From positions 1 to 64,000 of the forward strand of contig JWZX01003345.1 of assembly GCA_001275005.1 (NCBI GenBank): a DNA stretch of 64,000 nucleotides, written 5' to 3'. Source of the stretch: Chrysochromulina tobinii. Taxonomy: Eukaryota. The notes under the pieces were generated by a model. It saw only the letters and a program-made list of their open reading frames with translations. It did not search any database and was not told the DNA's origin. The translations under genes were made by a program, and so were the position numbers. Within the stretch, counting starts at the first letter, position 1. Each line of letters begins with the position of its first letter. Shown here piece by piece: positions 24,504-36,500 of this stretch.

Positions 24504-26339
24504 TTACTTCTCTGCGGAGAAGTCCGTTTCAATGGCATCGTCAGCTGCGGCATCGGTCTTACCAGTTTGTGCTGCACTAGCTTGTAAATTGTTAAATTTT
24601 GCTATTAGATCTTTCATTAACGCATAGTTTTCTTCACGAATAGCGGACTTGAATTCTCCTAATAAAGTTTCAAAAGGTTTTTTCTCTTCGGTTGTCTGCA
24701 GACCCTCAATTTGTTTTTCTAACTGATAAGAAATTGTTTCCGCCTGATTTTTTACTTCAATTTGTTTGATCTTTTCTTTATCCGCCGCCGCGTTTGCTTC
24801 GGCATCTTTAACCATACGTTCAACTTCATCTTTGGGTAACGTAGAAGCACCACTAATAGTTATAGACTGTTGTTTATTAGTTGCCTTATCCTTTGCAGTA
24901 ACGGAAAGGATACCGTTTGCGTCAATATCAAATGTAACTTCGATTTGTGGCACACCTCTTGCCGCTGGAGCAATACCATCTAACCTAAAAGTGCCTAGAC
25001 TCTTGTTATCTTTCGCGAGTTCTCTTTCACCTTGTAAAACATGAATTTCTACATTAGGCTGGTTGTCAACCGCTGTAGAGAATGTCTCAGATTTTTTTGT
25101 GGGTATAATTGTATTTCTCGGAGTAATTTTTGTTGTTACACCGCCTAAGGTTTCCACACCTAGAGATAACGGTGTTACATCCAATAATAAGATGTCTTTA
25201 ACTTCACCCCCTAATACACCGGCTTGTACAGCGGCGCCTACGGCTACAACTTCGTCTGGGTTTACTGATTGGTTTGGCGTTTTACCAAGAAGCTTTTCGA
25301 CCAATTTCTGAACCGCTGGAATCCTTGTAGAACCACCAACCAAAACATTTTGATCAATGTCCTTTGGTGTAAGTTCCGCATCTTTTAAACAGTCTTCAAG
25401 AGGGGTTTTACAACGTAAGATTAAGTCAGAACAAAGCTCCTCAAAAAATGCTCTTGTTAGTTCCTTATCTAGATGTTTTGGACCTTCCGGTGTTACTGAA
25501 ATAAACGGTAAATTTATCGAACTTTGTGTTAAAGTGGATAATTCAATCTTTGCTTTTTCCGCAGCTTCCGTTAGTCTTTGTAATGCCTGACTATCTTTTG
25601 TTAAATCAATTCCTTCTTGCTCTTTAAATTCTTTAACTAACCATTGTACAATTTTTTCATCAAAATCGTCACCTCCTAAATGTGTATCACCTGATGTTGC
25701 TAATACTTCAAAAACACCGTCTCCCACTTCAAGAACCGAAACATCAAAAGTACCACCCCCTAAGTCAAAAACTAGGATTGTTTCATTATCTTTTTTATCT
25801 AAACCATAAGAAAGAGATGCGGCTGTGGGCTCGTTAATAATACGAAGAACTTCTAAACCAGCGATTTTACCAGCGTCTTTAGTAGCTTGCCTTTGAGCAT
25901 CATTAAAATATGCAGGAACCGTAATTACTGCTTGTTTAACAGTTTCTCCTAAGTATTTAGAAGCATCATCCGCTAATTTGCGTAAAACTTGCGCAGAGAT
26001 TTCTTCTGCAGCAAACTGCTTACTTAAGGCAGGGCAATCTAGCTTAATGATATCTTCGGTCTGAATTACTTTATATGAAACTTGACGAAGTTCTTCTTTT
26101 ACTTCGCTTGTTTTACGACCAATAAAACGTTTAACGGAATAAAATGTATTTTCGGGATTAATTACAGCCTGACGTTTAGCAATTTGACCAACCAATAGAT
26201 CACCTTTCTTAGTATATGCTACAACCGAAGGCGTAGTTCGCTGCCCCTCTGCATTGGGTATAACTTCAGGTTTACCACCTTCCATTACAGCAACTACTGA
26301 ATTTGTAGTACCTAAATCAATTCCAATAACTTTAACCAT
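24504..26339 (-). CDS. dnaK: Hsp70 chaperone DnaK
   Basis: [19 protein letters not shown], plastid-type C-terminus IETDFS. Confidence 0.99.
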   Translation of the reverse strand: MVKVIGIDLGTTNSVVAVMEGGKPEVIPNAEGQRTTPSVVAYTKKGDLLVGQIAKRQAVINPENTFYSVKRFIGRKTSEVKEELRQVSYKVIQTEDIIKLDCPALSKQFAAEEISAQVLRKLADDASKYLGETVKQAVITVPAYFNDAQRQATKDAGKIAGLEVLRIINEPTAASLSYGLDKKDNETILVFDLGGGTFDVSVLEVGDGVFEVLATSGDTHLGGDDFDEKIVQWLVKEFKEQEGIDLTKDSQALQRLTEAAEKAKIELSTLTQSSINLPFISVTPEGPKHLDKELTRAFFEELCSDLILRCKTPLEDCLKDAELTPKDIDQNVLVGGSTRIPAVQKLVEKLLGKTPNQSVNPDEVVAVGAAVQAGVLGGEVKDILLLDVTPLSLGVETLGGVTTKITPRNTIIPTKKSETFSTAVDNQPNVEIHVLQGERELAKDNKSLGTFRLDGIAPAARGVPQIEVTFDIDANGILSVTAKDKATNKQQSITISGASTLPKDEVERMVKDAEANAAADKEKIKQIEVKNQAETISYQLEKQIEGLQTTEEKKPFETLLGEFKSAIREENYALMKDLIAKFNNLQASAAQTGKTDAAADDAIETDFSAEK

Positions 26340-26652
26340 TTGCTTTGTACTTATTTGTTATTTATTTTCATTTGGGACTTAGTATATTTAATAATAATAA
26401 TACTTTTTAACCAACCGAATAAGGAGTATTTACCGCAGGTAAAAAAATGTTTTTCTTTTTTACAGTTAGTCTCAAAAAGCAATAATCTACATATTACTTA
26501 CGGTTTAAAAGATCCCATAGAAGGCCGTAGACAAAGGTAGATGTCGTAATTTATACTTGTCAAACATATATGTGAGAAATACAACCCATATAATCCAGAT
26601 TTTTCAAAATCGCATTGCACCACATTACCTTAGAAATATACAAAATATCTTT

Positions 26653-27282
26653 ATGAAGGCAGGCTTATTTGCAAAAAAGGTTGGGATGACCCAAATTTTC
26701 AACGAATCAGGTACCGCTGTTCCAGTAACAATTTTAAAGGCTGGATTATGTAAGGTAAGTCAAATTAAAACCATAACTCACGATGGTTACAATGCTATTC
26801 AAGTAGCATATGGTGAAGAAAAGCTAGAAAAGTTGACTAAACCAAAAATAGGTCACTTAAAAAAGATCGGGGATCAAGGATTTAAATCTTTTGGGGAATT
26901 TCATATAGCTCAGCCTGAAGAATTTAAATTAGGGCAAGTTATAGACGTTGCAACTTTTACTAAAGGACAAAAGGTTAGAGTGACTGGTACAAGTATTGGT
27001 AAAGGGTTTACCGGAAACCAAAAACGAAACAACTTTGCTAGGGGTCCCATGACTCACGGTTCAAAAAACCACCGTTTACCTGGTAGTATTGGTTCGGGAA
27101 CTACGCCAGGAAGAATTTATCCTGGAAAAAGAATGGCTGGTCACCTTGGAAACGCCAAGGTAACATTAAAAAATACTGAAATTCTTTACTTAAACACTGA
27201 CGAAAACATATTAGTTGTAAAAGGTTCAGTGCCAGGTAAGAAAAATGCTGTCCTAAAAATACAGCACCAAAAAATAGTATAA
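26653..27282 (+). CDS. rpl3: 50S ribosomal protein L3
   Basis: KKVGMTQIF, RGPMTHGSKNHR; ATG at 26653 preferred over upstream TTG. Confidence 0.96.
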   Translation: MKAGLFAKKVGMTQIFNESGTAVPVTILKAGLCKVSQIKTITHDGYNAIQVAYGEEKLEKLTKPKIGHLKKIGDQGFKSFGEFHIAQPEEFKLGQVIDVATFTKGQKVRVTGTSIGKGFTGNQKRNNFARGPMTHGSKNHRLPGSIGSGTTPGRIYPGKRMAGHLGNAKVTLKNTEILYLNTDENILVVKGSVPGKKNAVLKIQHQKIV

Positions 27283-27304
27283 CCTATTAGTTCACAATAT
27301 TGTT

Positions 27305-27613
27305 ATGTCGTACATTCAACCTAATCAACGAGATCTTCTGGGTATTTTAAAATACCCGATTCTTACAGAAAAGACTATCAGGTTGCTAGAACAAAATCAA
27401 TACAGCTTCGCTGTGGACCCAAAGGCAGATAAAACTGCTGTAAAGTACGCCGTTGAACAGTTATTTGATGTTAAAGTTATTTCCGTAAATACCTCATTAT
27501 TACCACTACGGAAACGTCGCGTGGGAAAATTTATTGGAACAAAAGCTCGTTATAAGAGAGCAATAGTGGAGCTAGCACCGGAGAATTCTATTACCTTATT
27601 TGAGGAAGAATAG
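27305..27613 (+). CDS. rpl23: 50S ribosomal protein L23
   Basis: KYPILTEK...LFDVKVISVNT...YKRAIV. Confidence 0.96.
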   Translation: MSYIQPNQRDLLGILKYPILTEKTIRLLEQNQYSFAVDPKADKTAVKYAVEQLFDVKVISVNTSLLPLRKRRVGKFIGTKARYKRAIVELAPENSITLFEEE

Positions 27614-27670
27614 TTTGGTACTACCCCTAAAAAAATTGGACGCTGTTAACTAGAAATTATTATTTAATAT

Positions 27671-28495
27671 ATGGCAATTCGTCTATATAGGGCATATAGC
27701 CCAGGAACTCGCTCAAAGTCTGTGTCATATTTTGATGACTTATCAAAGACAAAACCGGAAAGAACGTTAACGTTCGGTAAAAAATCTTGCGGAGGACGGA
27801 ACAATCGTGGTGTTATTACACTTAGAGGTCGTGGTGGAGGTCATAAACGAAAATATCGTGTAATAGACTTTCACCGAAAATCTTCTATTTCCGCGAAGGT
27901 TTCAACTATCGAATATGATCCAAATCGAAATGCAAGGATCGCATTATTGCAATATAATGATGGATCGAAAAAATATATTATAGCGCCTAGATCATTACGT
28001 GTTGGTATGGACGTTTCTTCTGGAACAGATGTACCCATAGAAATCGGCAATGCAATGCCAATGGAATATATACCCCTAGGTAGTATTATTCACAACGTAG
28101 AATTAACACTTGGCAAAGGTGGACAAATTGCTCGCGCTGCCGGAACTTATGCGCAATTAATCGCAAAAGAAGGAGATTTTGTTACATTAAAACTTCCTTC
28201 AAACGAAGTGCGACTTGTAAACAAACGTTGTTATGCTACTTTAGGCCAAGTAGGGAATGTTGACAGTATAAATATTACACTCGGAAAAGCTGGCCGAAAC
28301 CGTTGGCTTGGAAAGAAGTCTAAAGTTCGTGGATCGGTAAAGAACCCTAATGATCACCCACATGGTGGTGGAGAAGGGCGATCACCTATCGGTAAATCAA
28401 AACCGGTTACTCCTTGGGGTAAGCCTGCGTTAGGCGTTAAAACACGAAAAGTAAGAAAAGATAGTAGTAAATATATTTTACGCTCACGACGTTAA
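27671..28495 (+). CDS. rpl2: 50S ribosomal protein L2
   Basis: [22 protein letters not shown]. Confidence 0.98.
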   Translation: MAIRLYRAYSPGTRSKSVSYFDDLSKTKPERTLTFGKKSCGGRNNRGVITLRGRGGGHKRKYRVIDFHRKSSISAKVSTIEYDPNRNARIALLQYNDGSKKYIIAPRSLRVGMDVSSGTDVPIEIGNAMPMEYIPLGSIIHNVELTLGKGGQIARAAGTYAQLIAKEGDFVTLKLPSNEVRLVNKRCYATLGQVGNVDSINITLGKAGRNRWLGKKSKVRGSVKNPNDHPHGGGEGRSPIGKSKPVTPWGKPALGVKTRKVRKDSSKYILRSRR

Positions 28496-28537
28496 CGCCT
28501 TACTTAATAAGTGAAATTATAAATTTTATTATTCAAT

Positions 28538-28816
28538 ATGCCACGTTCTTTAAAGAAAGGCCCTTTTGTTGCTTCCCATGTTTTTGAGAGGGTTGAGCAA
28601 ATGAATGAAAGCGGTAAGAAGGATACTATTAAAACATGGTCACGCTCAACAACAATTTTACCCAATATGATTGGGCATACATTTGCTGTTTATAATGGAC
28701 AGCAACATTTACCCGTATTTGTGACTGATCAAATGGTGGGCCATAAACTTGGTGAATTTTCTCCTACAAGAACATTTCGTTCACACGTAAAGCAAGATAA
28801 AAAAGCAAAACGTTAA
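28538..28816 (+). CDS. rps19: 30S ribosomal protein S19
   Basis: [21 protein letters not shown]. Confidence 0.98.
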   Translation: MPRSLKKGPFVASHVFERVEQMNESGKKDTIKTWSRSTTILPNMIGHTFAVYNGQQHLPVFVTDQMVGHKLGEFSPTRTFRSHVKQDKKAKR

Positions 28817-28826
28817 TCAAAATTAA

Positions 28827-29180
28827 ATGGTTAAAACGATATTACAAAAAAATGAAGTTCGAGCGGTTTCAAAGTACGTTCGAATGTCCCCAAGTAAAAT
28901 CCGACGTGTTTTAAGACAGATACAAGGAAAGTCTTACTCGGAAGCATTACTTCTTTTAGAGTTTATGCCGTATACTTCATGTGCACCTATTATCAAAGTT
29001 TTGCGCTCCGCGACTGCAAACGCCAGAAATAACTTAGGTTTTAACGAATCAGAACTAACTGTAAAATCGGCGTTTGCAGATAAAGGACCTACTATGAAAC
29101 GTTTTCGTCCAAGGGCACAAGGTAGGGCTTATAAGATTTTAAAAGGGACATCGCACATAACAATTGTTATGGCAAATTAG
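28827..29180 (+). CDS. rpl22: 50S ribosomal protein L22
   Basis: [21 protein letters not shown]. Confidence 0.97.
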   Translation: MVKTILQKNEVRAVSKYVRMSPSKIRRVLRQIQGKSYSEALLLLEFMPYTSCAPIIKVLRSATANARNNLGFNESELTVKSAFADKGPTMKRFRPRAQGRAYKILKGTSHITIVMAN

Positions 29181-29212
29181 AAAAAATTTAAATTTTTATG
29201 AGGATTTAATTC

Positions 29213-29863
29213 GTGGGACAGAAGACACATCCAACAGGGTTTAGAATTGGGGTTAATAAAACACATAGTTCTACATGGTTTGCTAATTATGGAGTTTATG
29301 GCAACGTTCTAAAGGAAGACTACAAAATAAGAGAGTTTTTTGAGAAGAAATTTGAATCTATCTATAGCAAAGCAGGGATTACTAAATTAGAAATCCAAAG
29401 AAAAATAAACCAACTGGAGTTAATTATCCATGCGGCTAGACCTAAAGCAATTGCATTAGATACCGATAAAGATAATTTCATTACTAGTTTAAAAGACAGT
29501 ATTAAAGCTTTATTAAAGGAACCAAAACAAGTTCGTATTAAGGTGTTACAAGTAGCAAAAAGTGAGAATGAAAGCTCGCTAGTAGCGCGATCAATTGGTG
29601 ATCAGCTTGAAAAGAGGGTAGCTTTTAAAAAGGCAGTCCGTCAAACAACACAAATGTTACAAAAGAGTGGTGCAAAAGGTTTTAAAATACAAGTATCTGG
29701 TCGACTAAACGGGGCAGAAATTGCTAGAGCCGAATGGGCACGAGAGGGACGAGTACCTCTACAAACATTACGTGCTGATATAAGTTATGCAACACATCGT
29801 GCGAATACAATCTATGGTGTGCTAGGAATCAAGGTATGGATTTTTAATAAAGAGATCCTTTAA
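29213..29863 (+). CDS. rps3: 30S ribosomal protein S3 (GTG start)
   Basis: [35 protein letters not shown]. Confidence 0.97.
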   Translation: MGQKTHPTGFRIGVNKTHSSTWFANYGVYGNVLKEDYKIREFFEKKFESIYSKAGITKLEIQRKINQLELIIHAARPKAIALDTDKDNFITSLKDSIKALLKEPKQVRIKVLQVAKSENESSLVARSIGDQLEKRVAFKKAVRQTTQMLQKSGAKGFKIQVSGRLNGAEIARAEWAREGRVPLQTLRADISYATHRANTIYGVLGIKVWIFNKEIL

Positions 29864-29898
29864 TGGATTATTTTAAATAAATGTATAAGTAAGATTTT

Positions 29899-30303
29899 AT
29901 GTTACTTCCTAAAAGAACGAAATTCCGTAGACAACATCGTGGAAGATTGAAAGGGGTTTCAAATGCAAATACAGTAGTATTTGGTGAATATGGTATTCAA
30001 GCTTTGGAACCTGTTTGGCTAACCTCAAGACAAATTGAGGCAACTAGACGTACTCTAACAAGATATGTGCGTAATAATGGAAAAATCTGGATTCGAATTT
30101 TTCCTGATAAACCTATAACAGAAAGAGCTGCGGAATCCCGTATGGGATCTGGTAAAGGTACTGTAGAATATTGGGTTGCTGTAATAAAACCAGGAGCAAT
30201 TCTTTTTGAAATCAGCGGTTTAGATAAAGAAACGGCTCGCAAGGTTTTAAAATTAGCTTCTTATAAGCTACCTATCAAGACAAAAATTATAGAGAAAATA
30301 TAA
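29899..30303 (+). CDS. rpl16: 50S ribosomal protein L16
   Basis: [19 protein letters not shown]. Confidence 0.98.
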   Translation: MLLPKRTKFRRQHRGRLKGVSNANTVVFGEYGIQALEPVWLTSRQIEATRRTLTRYVRNNGKIWIRIFPDKPITERAAESRMGSGKGTVEYWVAVIKPGAILFEISGLDKETARKVLKLASYKLPIKTKIIEKI

Positions 30304-30322
30304 ACTGTACAAATCTTGAAAT

Positions 30323-30571
30323 ATGGCGGTAAAAGAAAGAGAGGGTATTGTCGTTAGCGACAAAATGAGTGATACGCGTATCGTTGCTGTTACTAGTTGC
30401 GTCGTTCATAAACGATACAAGAAGGTTATCAATAAAACAAAACGTTATGCAGTGCACGATTCCCAATTTAATTCAGCTATTGGGGATACAGTCCGCATAC
30501 GTGAGACAGCGCCCTTAAGTAAGACAAAAAATTGGGTACTTACTAGTATTTTAAGAAAGTCAAAAACATAA
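30323..30571 (+). CDS. rps17: 30S ribosomal protein S17
   Basis: GIVVSDKM...H.RYKK...PLSKTKNW. Confidence 0.95.
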   Translation: MAVKEREGIVVSDKMSDTRIVAVTSCVVHKRYKKVINKTKRYAVHDSQFNSAIGDTVRIRETAPLSKTKNWVLTSILRKSKT

Positions 30572-30575
30572 TCAA

Positions 30576-30941
30576 ATGATACAACCGCAAACTTGTCTAA
30601 CAGTAGCAGATAACAGTGGTGCTAAGAGTTTAATGTGTATTCGTGTTCTTGGTACTAATCGACGTTATGGTCATGTCGGCGATATTATTATTGGGGTCGT
30701 TAAAGACGCAACTCCAAATCTTACTGTAAAGCGTTCAGATGTAGTTAGAGCCGTTATTGTGCGTACAAAACAACCTGTGCGTAGAAGAGATGGTTCACGC
30801 TTACGTTTTGATGATAATGCATCCGTTATTATTAACAAAGAAAATGACCCACGTGGAACACGGGTATTTGGTCCTATTGCACGTGAGCTTAAAGAAAAAG
30901 GGTTTACAAAAATAGTTTCGTTAGCCCCTGAAGTACTATAA
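30576..30941 (+). CDS. rpl14: 50S ribosomal protein L14
   Basis: MIQPQT...ADNSGA...[10 protein letters not shown]. Confidence 0.98.
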   Translation: MIQPQTCLTVADNSGAKSLMCIRVLGTNRRYGHVGDIIIGVVKDATPNLTVKRSDVVRAVIVRTKQPVRRRDGSRLRFDDNASVIINKENDPRGTRVFGPIARELKEKGFTKIVSLAPEVL

Positions 30942-30982
30942 CCTGAAAAGTTTTAAACTTTACAAAGTCATAATTATTAACC

Positions 30983-31526
30983 ATGAAACTCGATTTAAAG
31001 CGCTTATACAAGCAAAATTGTCCCTTCTATGATAGAAGAATTTGGTTACAAGAACATCGAACAGGTGCCAAAACTTGTTAAGATATCTATTAATCGAGGA
31101 TTTGGAGAAGCATCAAAAAACTCAAAGGAATTAGACGCGAGTGTTAAAGAAATGTCTTTAATTATTGGCCAAAAACCAAGTATCCATAAAGCAACAAAAG
31201 CTATTGCTGGTTTTAAAATTCGTGAAGGAATGTCGGTGGGAGCTTCTGTAACTTTACGTCAAGAACAAATGTATAATTTCCTTACAAAATTAATCAATAT
31301 AGTACTCCCAAGAATCAGAGATTTTCGAGGAATTAGCCCAAACAGCTTCGATGGGCGGGGTAACTACAACCTAGGATTAAAAGAACAATTAATTTTTCCG
31401 GAAATCTCGTATAGTGACGTTACGCAAATTCGCGGTTTAGATATTTCAATTGTTACAACAGCAAAAACGGATGAAGAAGCACGCGCATTACTAAAAGCCT
31501 TCGGTATACCATTTGCAACGTCCTAG
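30983..31526 (+). CDS. rpl5: 50S ribosomal protein L5 (N-terminal frame break as sequenced)
   Basis: [20 protein letters not shown] at 30983 is out of frame with the main ORF starting at 31029. Confidence 0.92.
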
Positions 31527-31556
31527 TTATTAACTTTTAAAAATAAAAAAAATTAA

Positions 31557-31955
31557 ATGGCGACAGATACTATCGCAGATATGCTAACACGCATTCGTAA
31601 TGCGAATTTAGCAAAACATCAAATAGTCCAAATACCGGCTACAAAAAAAACAAAAAATATTGCACAACTATTACTCTCGGAAGGATTAATTGATTCCTTT
31701 GAAGAATTAAAAAGTGGATTAAATCGTTCACTTCTCTTATCACTTAAGTATCAAGGAAAAGAACGTAAACCATGCATTGAAAAAATTCAATGTATAAGTA
31801 AACCGGGTTCAAGAGTCTACAGTCACGCAACAAAGATACCTAGAATATTAGGTGGATTTGGACTAGCAATTGTATCTACTTCACGTGGGTTAATGACAGA
31901 CCATCAAGCTCGAAAAGAGGGCGTTGGTGGCGAACTTTTATGTTATATTTGGTAA
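31557..31955 (+). CDS. rps8: 30S ribosomal protein S8
   Basis: [22 protein letters not shown]. Confidence 0.98.
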   Translation: MATDTIADMLTRIRNANLAKHQIVQIPATKKTKNIAQLLLSEGLIDSFEELKSGLNRSLLLSLKYQGKERKPCIEKIQCISKPGSRVYSHATKIPRILGGFGLAIVSTSRGLMTDHQARKEGVGGELLCYIW

Positions 31956-31969
31956 ATTTAAACTAGATT

Positions 31970-32512
31970 ATGTCTCGTATAGGTAAAAAGGCTATAACTT
32001 TGCCAGACAAAGTTAAAGTTAAATTAGATGGTCAAAAAATTTCCGTAGATGGGCCAAAGGGTAGTCTCTCAAGAATCCTTCCTTCATTAATTTGTTGTAC
32101 TTTTAATGAAGGTCAAAAGGAGCTAGTAATGGGCACAACTCAAGAAACTAATCTTTCAAGAGCAATATACGGTCTTTCACGTACGCTGGTAGCAAATATG
32201 GTTATCGGTGTCTCGAAAGGCTTTGAAAAAAAATTACAAATTACGGGGGTAGGTTACCGAGCACAACTTGACGGTAAAAACTTAGTATTAAATATGGGAT
32301 ATAGTCATCCTGTAAAAATGATTACACCCCAAGAATTATCAGTAAAAGTGGAAAATCCGACTACTGTTGTAATATCCGGTATGGAAAAAGAATTAGTTGG
32401 CGAATTCGCGGCTAAAATACGTTCCGTACGACCTCCGGAACCTTATAAAGGGAAAGGTATTGCATACGCAGGTGAAATTATCAGACGTAAAGCAGGTAAA
32501 ACGGGTAAATAA
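31970..32512 (+). CDS. rpl6: 50S ribosomal protein L6
   Basis: [18 protein letters not shown]. Confidence 0.98.
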   Translation: MSRIGKKAITLPDKVKVKLDGQKISVDGPKGSLSRILPSLICCTFNEGQKELVMGTTQETNLSRAIYGLSRTLVANMVIGVSKGFEKKLQITGVGYRAQLDGKNLVLNMGYSHPVKMITPQELSVKVENPTTVVISGMEKELVGEFAAKIRSVRPPEPYKGKGIAYAGEIIRRKAGKTGK

Positions 32513-32549
32513 TATATTTCTTCTTACAGAATTTTTATTCAAGTTTCTT

Positions 32550-33017
32550 ATGAATTCGAAAAAAACATTTAAACCTAAATCTGAATGGTCAGAACGCGTT
32601 GTGTCAATAGAACGTGTAACAAAAGTAATTAAAGGGGGCAAAAAAATGAGCTTCCGAGCGGTTATCGTGGTTGGAAACGAACAAGGTAAAGTCGGTGTTG
32701 GTGTTGGTAAAGCGAGTGATGTTATAACAGCAGTAAGAAAGGGAGTAACGGACGGTAAAAAAAATATCATTTCGGTACCATTAACTAGCTCAAATACCAT
32801 ACCACACGCAACAAACGGTCGTTTTGGTGCTGCAAAGCTTATTCTAAGACCTTCTGCCCCAGGTTCGGGTGTTATTGCAGGTAGTTCTATTCGCACAGTG
32901 TTAGAACTGGCCGGAGTGAAAAACATACTATCGAAACAACTAGGTTCAAATAATGCACTTAATAACGCACAAGCTACCATAAATGGTTTAAGTACACTAA
33001 AAACGTATAATGTCTAA
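32550..33017 (+). CDS. rps5: 30S ribosomal protein S5
   Basis: [26 protein letters not shown] at 32550. Confidence 0.96.
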   Translation: MNSKKTFKPKSEWSERVVSIERVTKVIKGGKKMSFRAVIVVGNEQGKVGVGVGKASDVITAVRKGVTDGKKNIISVPLTSSNTIPHATNGRFGAAKLILRPSAPGSGVIAGSSIRTVLELAGVKNILSKQLGSNNALNNAQATINGLSTLKTYNV

Positions 33018-33032
33018 AAACCATCTAACCAA

Positions 33033-34300
33033 ATGGTAATATCTGAAACAACAAGTTTATTAAGGCAAAAAATTTTTAAAATACTAGGGCTTTTAATTTT
33101 TGTCCGCCTAGGTTTATATATTCCAGTCCCTTGTGTGGATTTGGACATATTTTCACAAAACCAAGCTATAAATCCCCTATTCGGGTTTGCAAAAAATCTA
33201 ACGGGAAGTTCTTTTTTAGGGATTGGGTCTTTAGGGATTTTACCTTATATTAACTCTTCGATTATCATACAACTTTTAACGCCAGTAGTCCCTGCGTTAG
33301 AAAAATTACAGAAAGAAGAGGGAGAACTCGGTCGGCAACAAATTAACCGTTATACAAAGTATTTGACTCTAATATGGGCACTAGTTTTAAGTACCGCATG
33401 CGCTTTTGTTTTAGTTAAACCTGTGGTGTTTAATTGGAGTATCGTGCTGGCAGTTAAGATTATATTATCACTTACTACAGGATCCATGTTATCAATGTGG
33501 TTTGCCGAACTAATAACTAATGAAAATCTTGGTAACGGTTCCTCAATGATAACTTTTATAAATATTATTGGTGGATTACCTGCAAGTATTAGCGAATTTA
33601 CAAAAAATTTGGGAAATCCAAACGGTCAAAACAACTTACTAATAATAGGTTCAATTTTTTTAGCTTATATAACGATTGTCTGCATAATTGTTTTAGTCCA
33701 AGATTCCTACAAAAAGATTAATATTGTGTCGGCACGGCAATTAAATTTTAATTCCTTAGGGCAAGGTTCCCAAAATTTGGAACTAAAAACAGCTATATCC
33801 CAATAAAACTTAATCAAGGGGGTATTATGCCACTTGTATTTAGCACAACAGTGGCCACATTGGTATTTTACCCATTACAACTAGGTATAACAAAAATATT
33901 TTCCGTATCTGGTTTAACACTTACCAATATATTAACTCTAGTATCTTTTGTTTTAAACATTGTTTTGGTTGTTTTTTTTAGTAGCTTTTATGCACTACTA
34001 GTACTAAAACCAAAAGATTTATCAGATAACCTAACAAAAATGGCATACGCCATACCTGGGTTTAAGCAAGGTAAACAAACAACACAACATTTAGAACAAA
34101 TAATAAGTAGGTTGGCTTTTATGGGTGGTTTGTTTTTAGCATTTTAGCATTTTCCCGTTTTACTAACAACGATTTTTCAAATAAGTGTTTTTAAAAATAT
34201 CACATCGTTAGTTATTCTAATTGGTGTGATTACAGATGTATCCTCTCAAATAAGGGGATATCTCGTATCGCAAAATTATGAGAGCTTTAAAAAAACGTAG
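33033..34300 (+). CDS. secY: Preprotein translocase SecY (frame break and in-frame TAG as sequenced)
   Basis: LGILPYINSSIIIQLL, LGNGSS, YIPIKLNQGGIMP (shifted frame), C-terminal TSLVILIGVITD ending at 34300. Confidence 0.92.
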
Positions 34301-34414
34301 ACATTTTATTATAAGTCCATTAACCTAAAGTGGTAAAGTAACAGCTTAACAGACTTTGGGTAATTTTTTAAGGTTAATTTTTGCGATAAATTTGTTTAAC
34401 AATAAAGTTCAATT

Positions 34415-34561
34415 ATGAAAGTAGTAAGTTCAATTGGCAGCTTAAAAACTCGATCGAAGGATTGTAAAGTTGTAAAGCGTCGTGGTCGAATATACGTTAT
34501 CTGTAAAACAGATCCCCGATTAAAAGTTCGACAAGGTCGAGCAAAAGTGAAACGTAAATAA
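34415..34561 (+). CDS. rpl36: 50S ribosomal protein L36, c-type (48 aa)
   Basis: Manual translation [48 protein letters not shown]; between secY and rps13. Confidence 0.96.
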   Translation: MKVVSSIGSLKTRSKDCKVVKRRGRIYVICKTDPRLKVRQGRAKVKRK

Positions 34562-34582
34562 AGTTATAAATTACAAACAGAA

Positions 34583-34951
34583 ATGGCACGTATTTCAGGA
34601 GTGGATCTTCCGCGAAGCAAGCGGATTGACATAGGATTAACATACGTTTTTGGAATCGGGAATACAAGTGCAACGAAAATCGTAAAAGAAGCTAATGTAT
34701 CACCAAATACACGTTGTAGTGATTTAACCGATGAAGAAATCACGAGGATAAGAGCGATAATCGATGAAAATTATCAAACTGAGGGGGATTTACGACGTGT
34801 AATATCACAAAATATCAAACGTCTAACTGATATTGGATCTGCAACAGGCAGACGTCATCGTGTGGGCTTACCTGTCCGCGGTCAGCGAACAAAAACCAAC
34901 GCACGCACTCGTAAAGGGAAAGTTAAAATCCCTATTGCAAAGAAAAAATAA
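34583..34951 (+). CDS. rps13: 30S ribosomal protein S13
   Basis: [28 protein letters not shown]. Confidence 0.98.
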   Translation: MARISGVDLPRSKRIDIGLTYVFGIGNTSATKIVKEANVSPNTRCSDLTDEEITRIRAIIDENYQTEGDLRRVISQNIKRLTDIGSATGRRHRVGLPVRGQRTKTNARTRKGKVKIPIAKKK

Positions 34952-34982
34952 CTAGTTTTTTAGACAGTTTAAATCTGCACTT

Positions 34983-35375
34983 ATGGTAAAAGAAATAAAG
35001 CGATTTTCCAGCAAGAAATCAAAAAAGATTACAACTAGTGGTGTAGTTCACATTAAATCAACATTTAACAATACTATTGTAAACGTAACTGATAAACAAG
35101 GTAACACACTATATTGGGCTTCCGCAGGGGGAAGTGGTTTTAAAGGGGCGAAAAAAAGTACCCCTTTTGCTGCACAGTCCGCAGCAGAAAAAGTCGCAAC
35201 TATCGTTTATGAACAAGGTATGCGTCAAGCGGAGGTTGTTGTTAGCGGTCCGGGTAGTGGTCGAGAAACAGCAATTCGAGCGTTACAAGGATGTGGTATA
35301 CAAGTTTTAGTGATAAAAGATATCACTCCAGTACCGCACAACGGATGCCGCCCTCCAAAAAAGAGGCGTGTATAA
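34983..35375 (+). CDS. rps11: 30S ribosomal protein S11
   Basis: [21 protein letters not shown]. Confidence 0.98.
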   Translation: MVKEIKRFSSKKSKKITTSGVVHIKSTFNNTIVNVTDKQGNTLYWASAGGSGFKGAKKSTPFAAQSAAEKVATIVYEQGMRQAEVVVSGPGSGRETAIRALQGCGIQVLVIKDITPVPHNGCRPPKKRRV

Positions 35376-35441
35376 TTTTGATTAAATAGAAACTTTGTAA
35401 TAACAAAATTTACAAAAAATTTAGAAAAATTCTAAACACTC

Positions 35442-36376
35442 ATGTTTCAAGTCCAGTGTTTACAATCGACAGAAAAAACTGAAACCGAGCTTTATTCAAA
35501 ATATTACATCGGACCTTTTATAAAGGGTCAAAGTACAACTATCGGAAATACCTTACGCCGCGTACTTTTATCAAGTTTACAAGGTTTAGCTATTGTGGGT
35601 GCGAGAATTAATGATATTAACCATGAATTTTCAACAATACCTCATGTAAAAGAAGATGTTATAGACATTTTACTGAACTTAAAACAAATTGTTTTTAAGG
35701 GTAATATTAATGAGCCTACTCTTGCTCGCTTAAAGGTCAAAGGGCCAGGAATTATTACCGCGCAGGACATTGAATTACCTCCAAACGTTAAATTAATAGA
35801 TCCTCGCCAATATATTGCAACTATTACGGCTAAAGGGGATGTAGAGATGGAGTTTTTAATTACAAGGGGCCAAAATTACCTTAAGAATACTACTCTAGAG
35901 TCTATTATTCCTAGTGGTTTTCTAAGTGTGGATGCAGTTTTTATGCCTGTAAAGAAAGTAAATTTTTTTGTTGAAACGGCACAAACTGGCAATTCTTCCG
36001 AGCTAGAAAGCTTGATTTTAGAAATATGGACAAATGGTAGCTTAACTCCTGCAGAAGCCCTAAGTACATCGGCTGAGGTATTAGGAAATAGTTTTGAACT
36101 TCTTAAAATAACAAACACAACTTCTACATTAGCTATAATAAAGAAATTTATCAGGCTGAAGATAATCCAGAACAACTCGACACAATATTCATTGAAGAAT
36201 TAGAATTATCTGTAAGAGCTTATAATTGCTTAAAACGAGCAAATATACATACAGTCTCGGATTTAATGAAATATTCAGCAAATGATTTACTAGAATTTAA
36301 GAATTTTGGTCAAAAATCAGCTGATGAAGTGTGCGAAAGTTTAAAAAAGAGATTTGACATGGATCTTAGAAAATAA
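35442..36376 (+). CDS. rpoA: RNA polymerase alpha subunit (one frame break as sequenced)
   Basis: [18 protein letters not shown]; alpha-CTD ([17 protein letters not shown]...KNFGQKS) continues in the -1 frame to TAA at 36376. Confidence 0.94.
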
Positions 36377-36500
36377 ACAACAAGCAATTCTTAAACGACT
36401 GTTAAAAGACAAGATTAATTTAGTAAACTACAGCGCTAAAACCGATCTTTGAACTTTAAATAAAAAAATTTATTAAAAACGACTAAAAAAATCAAAATAA

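Noticed and set aside
26340..26652. 66-aa ORF and the 32-aa N-terminal extension of rpl3
   Set aside because: TTG-started, low-complexity readings of the dnaK/rpl3 divergent promoter region; L3 similarity starts at ATG 26653
32397..32549. Long N-terminal extension of rps5 (likewise rpl31 from 36841 and psbC from 60715)
   Set aside because: Artefacts of longest-ORF calling that overlap the upstream gene; conserved starts exist downstream
34145..34147. Genetic code reassignment of TAG
   Set aside because: Single instance; TAG terminates many other genes here (rpl21, petL, rpoC2, psbF, psbC)
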